NCBI GenBank assembly: GCA_963738925.1
Contig: CAVTYE010000002.1
Span: 41,902-105,901, forward strand
Origin: an uncultured Chloroflexia bacterium
Lineage (GTDB): Bacteria; Chloroflexota; Dehalococcoidia; SM23-28-2; RBG-16-64-32
DNA: 64,000 nucleotides
Direction: 5' to 3'
In this document: one piece after another, positions 1 through 7,735 of the stretch
Layout: each line of letters opens with the position of its first letter
Position numbering within the stretch: the first letter of the stretch is position 1
The notes under the pieces: generated by a model
Database searches by the model: none
The model's input: only the letters and a program-made list of their open reading frames with translations
Told to the model about the DNA's origin: nothing
Translations under genes and position numbers: made by a program

Positions 1-570
1 TCAGCCGCTCCTCCACGATCACCGTGTCGGCCGGCGGCGCCGAAGATCGCCTCGTCGCCCATCATCTGCTCGATCGCTTCGATAGCGCGTCTCCGGCGTC
101 TCGCAGACAAACACGCCCTTGCCCGCTGCCAGCCCGTCCGCTTTGACGACTGCGCCTCGCTTCAGCGTCTCTGCGTAGCCGATCGCTTCGGCGCGGTCAG
201 TGAAAGTGCGGTATGACGCCGTTGGGATGCCGTGGCGCTCCATCAGGTCCTTGGAGAAGGCCTTAGACGACTCGATCCGCGCCGCCGACTGCGAAGGCCC
301 GAAGGCGGCGATCCCTTCCACGGCCAGCCGGTCGACCAGCCCGCGAGAGAGCGGGTCTTCCGGCCCGACGATGACGAAATCGATGCGCAGCTTCTTCGCG
401 GCGGCGACCAGGCCTTCGACATCCGCCGCCTTGACGTCGAGATTCGTTGCGATGGCGCCTGTGCCGGCGTTTCCGGGAGCTACGAAGAGTTCTGTGAGTC
501 GTCTGGACTGGCGTAATTTCCAGGCCAGGGCGTGTTCACGGGCGCCGGAGCCGACGAGGAGGACATTCAT
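1..570 (-). CDS. purD: Phosphoribosylamine--glycine ligase, N-terminal part (runs off left edge; apparent indels near 90 and 30)
   Basis: MNVLLVGSGAREHALAWKL, APGNAG, GPEDPL, ARIESSKAFSK and VVKADGLAAGKGV motifs. Confidence 0.95.
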
Positions 571-741
571 AGCGCGAAGCCCACTATATCGCAACGATAG
601 GCCCCCGTTCACGTTGGCCGGTTTATCGGCCGTAAACCATCGGACAGGGTTTACAGGGGTTCTATATGCCCGATGGGATATTGGTGGGCCGCCGCCGCTG
701 GGGTTGAATGAGCCTAGAGCCGCACCCCTCCCTGCGGTCAC

Positions 742-781
742 AAGTTCGGCGGATGTGCCCCCGTCCGCCGAACTTCCTTTT
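742..781 (+). terminator. Intrinsic terminator-like hairpin on the + strand
   Basis: Perfect 12-bp stem aagttcggcgga (742-753) / tccgccgaactt (764-775), followed by a T-rich tract. Confidence 0.55.
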
Positions 782-837
782 GGGGGGCGTTGATGGAAAG
801 ATGTGGAGGCTTGCCCAGGGAGGGGTTCGGCCGCCGA

Positions 838-1125
838 CTAGCCGCGGCGGAAGATCGTCCGGCGAACGGTGACCGTCTCGCTGTAGGCCACGATCCCTGA
901 TTCCGTCGATTCCGCCGGCCTGGCGACTTCCCGCGTCTTCCTGCCGGCAAACGGCGCTGTAACCGCCTTCCTGGCTGCCGAGCGCACCAGCCACTCCGCG
1001 ATCACCCCGGCCGCGACCAGCGCCGCGCCGCGGATCACCACGGGCGCTGCCTGCTGCCAGAGCGGCGCCGGCGGCAGTACGGGCTCCTGTTTGACGGGAA
1101 GGCGGTAGTTCATGCCGTTGCTCAT
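838..1125 (-). CDS. Small hypothetical membrane-anchored protein (95 aa)
   Basis: GGAGG RBS before ATG at 1125; one hydrophobic helix (VIRGAALVAAGVIAEWLV); co-oriented with neighbours. Confidence 0.65.
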   Translation of the reverse strand: MSNGMNYRLPVKQEPVLPPAPLWQQAAPVVIRGAALVAAGVIAEWLVRSAARKAVTAPFAGRKTREVARPAESTESGIVAYSETVTVRRTIFRRG

Positions 1126-1157
1126 GAGACCTCCATGCGGGTTCTTGTGCCTGCGAA

Positions 1158-1965
1158 TTATAACGCAGCCCTGCCGGCCAACGCCTCGATCTCTTCCGAC
1201 AGGTCGTAGCCGTCGATCGTCCGCCCGCCGGCATCGACGACCTGTTTGTCCTCGATCCGGAGGCGGCCGTCGGCGAAGGCGCGCAGCGTCTCCAGCACCA
1301 GCGGCACCTCCCGCGCCACGCCGGCCCGTCGGATCGCCTGGAACAGCGGCAGCTCTTCGCCTAGCTCCGCGCGCTTTCCCGCATCCTGCCAGAACTGTGC
1401 GAACTCCGGCCCGCGAATGGAGTACGTGCAGTAGGTCACGACTGGGCCGCCGTCCAGCTCCGGCGTCGCCAGGTGGATCATCACCCCGGCCCGGTCGGCG
1501 TTCTGCTCGATCAGTTGCCAGATCACGTCCTGCCACATCCCGGCCGGGCCTCCCGGCGCCGCGGGATGCAGGTTCAGCAGGTCCCAGCGCGCCGCCGCCT
1601 CTTCGCCGAAGATCAGCATGAACCCGGCCAGGACGCCCAGGTCGAACTCGTACGGTTCAAGCGCGCGCATCACCTCGCGGTCGTAGTCGCTTGCGCCACT
1701 CCGGCACCGGCTGGCCCTTGCGCGCCACCTCGCCGCCGACCTGCTTGCGAAAGTCGCGGGAGCTGAGGGTGACCAGCGGGATGCCGGACGCGCCGACCTG
1801 GTCCAGGAACGCGTCCGTGTTCGGGTCCTCGCCGCGGGCGCGGTTGCAGAAGACGACGGCGATCTCGGCGGCCAGCCGGCCCTCGGCGATCGCCTCCCGC
1901 GCGGCCGCGAAGAGCTTGCCGGAGGTTTGCCCGCGGCCGGTCGCGAACCAGGCGAGGCGGATCAC
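1158..1965 (-). CDS. purN: Phosphoribosylglycinamide formyltransferase-like protein (frameshift ~1690)
   Basis: N-part LAWFATGRG...IAVVFCNR joined to C-part LGVLAGFMLI...LLNLHPAAP...HLATPELDGGPVV. Confidence 0.85.
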
Positions 1966-2648
1966 GCCGGTGGCCTCCAGCCGAGCTTGCGGCGCATGAC
2001 GGCGTAGCGGCTGATCAGGTGGACGAGCGGCGAGGACAGCCGCCCGCGCAACTTGCCGCCCCGCAACGCCTCCAGGAACTGGCCCGGCGTCTCGTAGTCC
2101 GGCATCTCGACATAACAGCGCCCGATCTCGCGGGGCGAGTGGGCGTCGCTGGCGGCTGACATCGGCAGGCCGTGCTCCGCGGCGAACTTCTGCGCCAGGT
2201 CGTTGTGCCTGCTCTGCACCATCCGCGCGTTCAACCCCTCGATGAAGTCGAGCTTGTCCGCGATCTCCGGCAGAACGTCGCCCAGCGCCGAGCGGTGCGT
2301 ATCGAACGGGTGCGGCGCCCCGGCGATCCCGCCCTGCGCGTGAATGCGGTCTATCGCCTCGTCCGGGGTAAGGCCGCTCGGTATGTCCTCCGAGAGGAAG
2401 AGCCCGAGCAGGTCGCCCTTCGTTGTGAGCACCTCTTCGCCGACGATCACGCGCACCCCAGGATAACGCTTCGCCGCGATCTCACGCGCCACGAGGCCGC
2501 CGCGCACCGTGTAGTGGTCCGTCACCGCGATCGCGCTCAGACCCCGCGATTTCGCCCGCGCGAGCAGGGTCTTCGGCGGCAGGATGCTGTCCGGTGAGTA
2601 ATACGAGTGGTTGTGGCAATCGACGCGGATGAGGCGGCCGTCGCTCAT
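1962..2648 (-). CDS. PHP-domain metal-dependent phosphoesterase
   Basis: DCHNHSYYSPD, IAVTDH, GEEV, APHPF and ASDAH motifs. Confidence 0.9.
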   Translation of the reverse strand: MSDGRLIRVDCHNHSYYSPDSILPPKTLLARAKSRGLSAIAVTDHYTVRGGLVAREIAAKRYPGVRVIVGEEVLTTKGDLLGLFLSEDIPSGLTPDEAIDRIHAQGGIAGAPHPFDTHRSALGDVLPEIADKLDFIEGLNARMVQSRHNDLAQKFAAEHGLPMSAASDAHSPREIGRCYVEMPDYETPGQFLEALRGGKLRGRLSSPLVHLISRYAVMRRKLGWRPPA

Positions 2649-2688
2649 CTCGGCGGCGGCCCAGCCTGCGTCAGGATGAGGGCATCGC

Positions 2689-2976
2689 TCACTCCACCGG
2701 CTCCTCGTCGAACTCCGGCTCGGCGTCGTACTCCGCCGGCTCCTCGCGCAGAAGCGCGCTAGTCTCGTTGAACTGCGTCTGCAGCCGGGTCACGCGCAGC
2801 TCGGCGTCCTGCAACAGCTCCTGGCAGCGTTTGGCCAGCGCCGTCCCGGCCTCGTACAGTGACAGTGACTCTTCAAGCGAGAGGTTCCCCTGCTCGAGCT
2901 TGGCCACCGTCTCCTCCAGCTGCTTGTACAGCGCCTCGAAGCCCTCGCTCGCCGCGGCCACCTTCTTAGCAGGCAC
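2689..2976 (-). CDS. xseB: Exodeoxyribonuclease VII small subunit
   Basis: FEALYKQLEETVAKLEQGNLSLEESLSLYEAG...CQELLQDAE; directly downstream of xseA; GTG start inferred. Confidence 0.9.
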   Translation of the reverse strand: MPAKKVAAASEGFEALYKQLEETVAKLEQGNLSLEESLSLYEAGTALAKRCQELLQDAELRVTRLQTQFNETSALLREEPAEYDAEPEFDEEPVE

Positions 2977-3006
2977 GCCGGCCCTCGTGAGCACTGCAGC
3001 CGCCTG

Positions 3007-3034
3007 CCAATTTCCAATCTCTAACTTCCATCTC
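3007..3034. repeat. Degenerate 7-bp tandem repeat
   Basis: ccaattt ccaatct ctaactt ccatctc between xseA and xseB. Confidence 0.6.
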
Positions 3035-4238
3035 AGAACCCATACTGCCTCGAAACCTCGGCCGGGAACTTCCCATCCTTCACGTACACGTCCAGCCGCT
3101 CCTTGCCCTTCACCTGGGCCACGCTCGTCACCGCCTCCCTGGAGTCGCGCACCTGCACCACGGCGTAGCCCCGTGCCAGCGTGCTCCGCGGGTCCAGCGA
3201 GCGCAACCGCCCGGTGCAGCCATCGACGCGGCCGGCGCGCTGCTCCAGCGACCGTCCGGCAGCGCTCGCCGCGTGTCTCAGCAGCGAAACGATGCGCTCG
3301 CGGTAGCGGCCGGGGTCCGGCAGCGCCGAACGCATCCGGTGGGCCGCCCGGTCGACGCCCGTCGCGCCCTGGCGGACCCGCTGCCGCACATCGATCCCGG
3401 AGGAGATGACCATGCCGTTGACCTGCCGCAGGATGTCGCGGCGGTCGGGCGCAACGCTCTCGGCGGCGGCGGACGGCGTGGGCGCGCGCAGGTCGGCCAC
3501 GAAGTCGGCGATCGTGAAGTCGGTCTCGTGGCCGACGGCGGAGACGACGGGTGCTGCGCTGGAGTAGATCGCCCGCGCCACGATCTCCTCGTTGAAGGCC
3601 CACAGCTCCTCCGTGGAGCCGCCGCCGCGCGCGACGATGATCACGTCGATCTCGCCGGCGCCGTTGAGCGCGCGGATGCCCTCCGCGACGCCGACGACGG
3701 CGTCCGGACCCTGCACCGGCGTCGGCGCGAGGACGACCTCGGCCAGCGGCCAGCGGCGGGTGAGGACGTTGCAGATGTCGTGGAAGACCGCGCCCGTGGG
3801 CGAGGTGACGACGCCGATGCGCCGGGGGAAGCGCGGCAGCGGGCGCTTGCGGGCCTTGTCGAACAGCCCCTCGGCCTCCAGCTTCTCCTTCAGCCGCTCG
3901 AACTCCGCCTGGCGCGCGCCGACCCCTGCCGGCTGCACGAAGTCGACGATGATCTGGACGTCGCCGCGCTCCGCGTAGAAGGAGATGTTGCCGTGGGCCA
4001 GCACCTGCGCGCCGTTCTCCAGCGGCATCCCGCGGTACTGGCGCTGGAACATGACGCAGCGCAGCCCGTAGGCGCCTTCCTTGAGCGTGAAGTAGACGTG
4101 CCCCCGCTGGGACCGTGTGAGGTTGGAGATCTCGCCCTCGATCCAGACGTTGGAGAGGCGCAGGTCGCTCTCCAGCAGCTCCTTGACGTAGCGGCAGACC
4201 CAGGAGACGGGGTACGCGTCCAGAAGTGATTGCGTCAC
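3033..4238 (-). CDS. xseA: Exodeoxyribonuclease VII large subunit
   Basis: VWIEGEISN, GHVYFTLK, IGVVTSPTGA, ARGGGS, SAVGHETD, RAPTPSAAAE. Confidence 0.97.
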   Translation of the reverse strand: MTQSLLDAYPVSWVCRYVKELLESDLRLSNVWIEGEISNLTRSQRGHVYFTLKEGAYGLRCVMFQRQYRGMPLENGAQVLAHGNISFYAERGDVQIIVDFVQPAGVGARQAEFERLKEKLEAEGLFDKARKRPLPRFPRRIGVVTSPTGAVFHDICNVLTRRWPLAEVVLAPTPVQGPDAVVGVAEGIRALNGAGEIDVIIVARGGGSTEELWAFNEEIVARAIYSSAAPVVSAVGHETDFTIADFVADLRAPTPSAAAESVAPDRRDILRQVNGMVISSGIDVRQRVRQGATGVDRAAHRMRSALPDPGRYRERIVSLLRHAASAAGRSLEQRAGRVDGCTGRLRSLDPRSTLARGYAVVQVRDSREAVTSVAQVKGKERLDVYVKDGKFPAEVSRQYGF

Positions 4239-4250
4239 GCCGCTATTGTA

Positions 4251-4285
4251 GAGGTGCGAGGTGCGAGGTGTCAGGTGTGAGGTGG
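4251..4285. repeat. 7-bp tandem repeat (GAGGTGY x5)
   Basis: gaggtgc gaggtgc gaggtgt caggtgt gaggtgg. Confidence 0.75.
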
Positions 4286-4314
4286 CACCGGTCTGCCGAG
4301 AACGCGTCCGGTCG

Positions 4315-4878
4315 CTACTTGCTGGCGCGCTCCAGGTAGCTGCCGGTGCGGGTGTCGATCTTCAGCGTGTCGCCGGTGTTGATGAAGAGCGGGACGTTGA
4401 CCGTGATCCCGGTCTCCAGCTCCGCCTGCTTCGTGCCGCCGGTCGCCGTGTCGCCCTTCATCCCGGGGTCAGTGTGCTTCACCTTCAGCTCCACGGCCGC
4501 TCCCAGCTCGATGCCCACGACCTCGTCGCCGAACATCAGCAGCTGGCACTCGCCGTTCTCCACCAGGTAGTCCATCGCGTCGCCCAGCACGGCCTTGCCC
4601 ACCGGGAACTGGTCGTACGTCGCGGTGTTCATGAAGTAGTGCAGGTCGCCGTCGGCGTACAGGTACTGCGCGTCCTGCCGCTCCACCCGCGCCCGCGCGA
4701 AGCGGGAGCCGGCCTGCACCGACTTGTCGATGATGTGCCCGGCCCGCAGGTCGCGCAGCTTCATCCGCACCTGTGCTGTGCCGCGGCCCATCTTGTTGTG
4801 CTCAACCTCCAGCACCTGGTACAGGTTGCCGTCGATTTCGATTGTGGACCCCTTCTTGAGGTCGCCCGTTTCGATCAT
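4315..4878 (-). CDS. efp: Elongation factor P
   Basis: KMGRGTA loop, PGMKGDTATGGTK, VPLFINTGD..KIDTRTGSYLER. Confidence 0.97.
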   Translation of the reverse strand: MIETGDLKKGSTIEIDGNLYQVLEVEHNKMGRGTAQVRMKLRDLRAGHIIDKSVQAGSRFARARVERQDAQYLYADGDLHYFMNTATYDQFPVGKAVLGDAMDYLVENGECQLLMFGDEVVGIELGAAVELKVKHTDPGMKGDTATGGTKQAELETGITVNVPLFINTGDTLKIDTRTGSYLERASK

Positions 4879-4953
4879 CTGGTCCTCGCTAGTGGCTAGT
4901 GTTCGTGGTCAGTTGTGGTGCCCGAGATAGGTTAACCGCTGGCGGGCCGGGGT

Positions 4954-4996
4954 GTCACCTGAGGCTACGAGATCTTTCGCTGCGGCTCAGGATGAC
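4954..4996. repeat. GTCA/CCTGAG-type REP-like palindrome
   Basis: gtcacctgag ... agatctttcgctgcggctcaggatgac inverted ends; related half-element at 57716. Confidence 0.65.
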
Positions 4997-5004
4997 GCTC
5001 CGCG

Positions 5005-6111
5005 TCACTTCGGCGACTTCGACATCACGCGCAGCTTGCCGCCTTCGAAGACGCACTGGTCCTCGATGCGCACACCGAACTCGCCCGGCAGATAGATGCC
5101 CGGCTCCACGGTGACGATCATCCCATCGGCCATCACGCTCTTCGATGTGCGGCCCAGGTAGGGCGCTTCGTGCACCTGCAGGCCGACGCCGTGGCCCAGC
5201 CCGTGGCCGAAGTTCTCCCCGTAGCCGGCCGCGGCGATGACGTTGTGGGCGATCATGTGGCCTTCTTCGCCGCCCATCCCGCTGTGGATCATCTCCTCCG
5301 CCGTGCGCTGCGCCGTCAGCACAATGTCGTAGACCTCCCGGAACTTGCCGCTGGGCCTGGCCCCGCAGACAACCGTACGGGTCAGGTCAGAGCAGTAGCC
5401 GTCGACCAACACGCCCATGTCGATGACGATCGGGTCGCCTTTCTGTATGACGTAGTCGGTGGGCTGGGCGTGCGGCATCGCGCCGTGGGGCCCGGCCGCC
5501 ACGATCGTCGGGAAGGACATGAACTCTGCGCCATGCTCGCGTGCGTACTGTTCGATCTCCCAGGCCACCTTCTTCTCGGTCCAGCCCGGCTCCAGCCGCT
5601 GCGAGACGTTGACCAGGGCCTCGTCGCCGATGTCCACCGCCTTCTGCAGCGATTCCAGCTCGCCCGGCTCCTTGAACGTCCGCAGCTCGGCGACCAGCGG
5701 CGGCGCCGAGAGCAGCGCCGGCCGGTCGCTCTCCGGCATCCCGTCCACGGCCTTGCGCATGGAGTTCAGTGAGGCGACCGAGACGTCCCCCGGCTCGAAG
5801 CCGATCCGCTTGCCCGCGAGCCCCGCGTCGCCGATCAGCCGGGCGAACCAGGTGTCCATCGCTCCGGCCGTGGCGAACAGGGTGAAAGCAGGCGCCTCGT
5901 TCGCCACCTGCTCGAAGTAGCGGAAGTCGACGGCGATGAACTGAGCCTCGCTCGTAATGACCAGCCAGCCGACGGAGCCGCTGAACCCGGAAAGGTAGCG
6001 ACGGTTGGTCCCGGCGATGTGGAACGTGTCCTCCACCGCACAGCCGACGAGGAACGCGTCGAGCTCGTGCTCGGCCATCTTCTCGCGCAGCTTCGCGACC
6101 CGGTCGCTCAT
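5005..6111 (-). CDS. Xaa-Pro aminopeptidase (M24B)
   Basis: DFRY, IDMG..DGYCSDLTRT, HGLGHGVGLQVHEAP, TVEPGIY, GVRIED. Confidence 0.95.
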   Translation of the reverse strand: MSDRVAKLREKMAEHELDAFLVGCAVEDTFHIAGTNRRYLSGFSGSVGWLVITSEAQFIAVDFRYFEQVANEAPAFTLFATAGAMDTWFARLIGDAGLAGKRIGFEPGDVSVASLNSMRKAVDGMPESDRPALLSAPPLVAELRTFKEPGELESLQKAVDIGDEALVNVSQRLEPGWTEKKVAWEIEQYAREHGAEFMSFPTIVAAGPHGAMPHAQPTDYVIQKGDPIVIDMGVLVDGYCSDLTRTVVCGARPSGKFREVYDIVLTAQRTAEEMIHSGMGGEEGHMIAHNVIAAAGYGENFGHGLGHGVGLQVHEAPYLGRTSKSVMADGMIVTVEPGIYLPGEFGVRIEDQCVFEGGKLRVMSKSPK

Positions 6112-6548
6112 TTGCGCTCCTTCAGGATGCCGACGAGAGCGTCCAGCGCGGCGATGTACCCGCGCCAGCCCAGCCCGGCGACCTGCGCCACGGCGATGTC
6201 GGCCAGCACGGAGTGGTGCCGGAACTCCTCCCGGGCATGGATGTTGGAGATGTGCACCTCAACGAACGGCTTCTGAATCGCCTCGAAAGCGTCGCGGAGG
6301 GCCAGGCCGTAGTGCGTCAGCGCGCCGGCGTTGATCAAGACACCGTCGGCGTTGGGGCCGCGCTGCTGCAAGAAGTCGACGATCGCGCCCTCGCTGTTGG
6401 CCTGGAAAGACTGCAGCTCCACGTCCAGCTCCATCGCCCGCTTGGTCACCCTGTCGACGATGTCCTGCAGCGTCATCGAGCCGTAGATCTCCGGCTGCCT
6501 GCGCCCCAGCATGTTCAGGTTAGGTCCGTTCACCAGCAGAATTCGCAT
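6108..6548 (-). CDS. aroQ: Type II 3-dehydroquinate dehydratase
   Basis: NGPNLNMLGRRQPEIYG, INAGALTH, EVHISNIHAREEFRHHS. Confidence 0.97.
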   Translation of the reverse strand: MRILLVNGPNLNMLGRRQPEIYGSMTLQDIVDRVTKRAMELDVELQSFQANSEGAIVDFLQQRGPNADGVLINAGALTHYGLALRDAFEAIQKPFVEVHISNIHAREEFRHHSVLADIAVAQVAGLGWRGYIAALDALVGILKERK

Positions 6549-6553
6549 GGCAA

Positions 6554-6588
6554 TAGGTTACAGGTTTCGGATTCTGGATTACAGTCTG
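6554..6588. repeat. Degenerate 7-bp tandem repeat
   Basis: taggtta caggttt cggattc tggatta cagtctg. Confidence 0.5.
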
Positions 6589-6599
6589 AGCGTCGACGG

Positions 6600-7550
6600 C
6601 TAGCCTGCGCGCGCCCGTCTCTTCTCGGCGGCTTTCTCCAGGTTCTTCAGGGTCGCCTCAGCCATCTGCTTGCGGGCGGCCTCAAGCTTGTCGCGCTGGC
6701 GTTCTTCGGTGACGTGCGTGTAAATCTGCGTCGTCTGGGCGCTGGCGTGGCCCAGCAGGTCCTGCACCACGCGCAGGTCCGCGCCGCCGTCCAGCAGGTG
6801 GGTGGCGAAGGAGTGGCGCAGAAGGTGCGGCCAGACCCGCTGGTCCAGGCCCGCCTTTAACGCGTGCTGCCGAACGATCTTCTCGATCGAGCGGCCGGAG
6901 AGGCGCTTGCCGTCGCGGTTGAGGAAAAGCGCCATCTCCGCGCCCCGGGCCAGCTTCGGACGGCCGCGCGAAAGGTAGCGGTGGATCGCCTCTTCCGCCG
7001 GCGCGCCCAGCAGCACGATGCGCTCCTTGTTCCCCTTGCCGCGGACCAGCAGCGTGCGCTCCTCCACGCCCATGTGCTGGGTGTTGAGGCCAACCACCTC
7101 GCTGAGGCGGACGCCGGAGGCGTACATCAGCTCCAGGATCGCGCGGTTGCGGAGCCCGCGCGGCGTCGTCTCGTCGGCGGACTCGATGATCGCGCCCAGC
7201 TCCTCCGGCGAAAGGATGGTCGGCAGCCGCCGCTCCCGCTTCGGCGCGACGAGGCCGGTCAGCGGGCTGGACTCCAGCTTGCCCTCCCGCACCAGGAAGC
7301 GGTAGAAGCTGCGGATCGTGCTCACCTTGCGGGTCAGGCTGGCCCCCGCCATCCCCTGGTCCCGCAGCACGGCCAGGTAGCGCCGCAGCATGTAGCGGTC
7401 GGCCGTCGTCGTCTCAGTGCCGTCCTCCTCCTCGCGCAGATACGTCGCGAAGTGAGACAGGTCGCTGCGATAGTTCCGCAGCGTTAGCGGCGAGAGGTTC
7501 TTCTCGGCTAGCAGATAGCGGAGGTAAGCCTCCAGCAGTTCGTCAGTCAC
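6600..7550 (-). CDS. xerC: Tyrosine recombinase XerC/XerD family
   Basis: RNRAILELMYASGVRLSE, GKGNKER, PHLLRHSFATHLLDGGADLR, LGH, TQIYTHV; downstream of dprA-topA. Confidence 0.9.
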   Translation of the reverse strand: MTDELLEAYLRYLLAEKNLSPLTLRNYRSDLSHFATYLREEEDGTETTTADRYMLRRYLAVLRDQGMAGASLTRKVSTIRSFYRFLVREGKLESSPLTGLVAPKRERRLPTILSPEELGAIIESADETTPRGLRNRAILELMYASGVRLSEVVGLNTQHMGVEERTLLVRGKGNKERIVLLGAPAEEAIHRYLSRGRPKLARGAEMALFLNRDGKRLSGRSIEKIVRQHALKAGLDQRVWPHLLRHSFATHLLDGGADLRVVQDLLGHASAQTTQIYTHVTEERQRDKLEAARKQMAEATLKNLEKAAEKRRARAG

Positions 7551-7552
7551 AG

Positions 7553-7583
7553 TGTGGATAACGTGTGGAGCCGCTGTGGGTTA
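7553..7583 (-). promoter_or_regulatory. DnaA box plus two degenerate boxes at 11-bp spacing
   Basis: tgtggataa (TTATCCACA) at 7553-7561; tgtggagcc at 7564; tgtgggtta at 7575. Confidence 0.5.
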
Positions 7584-7730
7584 GCGGCGAGCGGTCAGCA
7601 CTCAGCCTCAGCACTCCGCGTGATCTGACAGTGCGAAACGACGCACCCGCTGCGTTCTGACATCCGCTGTCCGAACTACACACCTCATCAGACCAACCAG
7701 CTGACAGCTGACAGCTGAGTGCTGAAAGCT
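7581..7730. repeat. Inverted heptamer-array element
   Basis: Left ttagcgg/cgagcgg/tcagcac units; right agctgac/agctgac/agctgag/tgctgaa units; 7595-7606 is the exact reverse complement of 7714-7725. Confidence 0.7.
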
Positions 7731-7735
7731 TCGCG

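Noticed and set aside
6600-7550. Prophage or island integrase
   Set aside because: XerC/D-type motifs in the conserved dprA-topA-xerC context; no att/tRNA or phage genes
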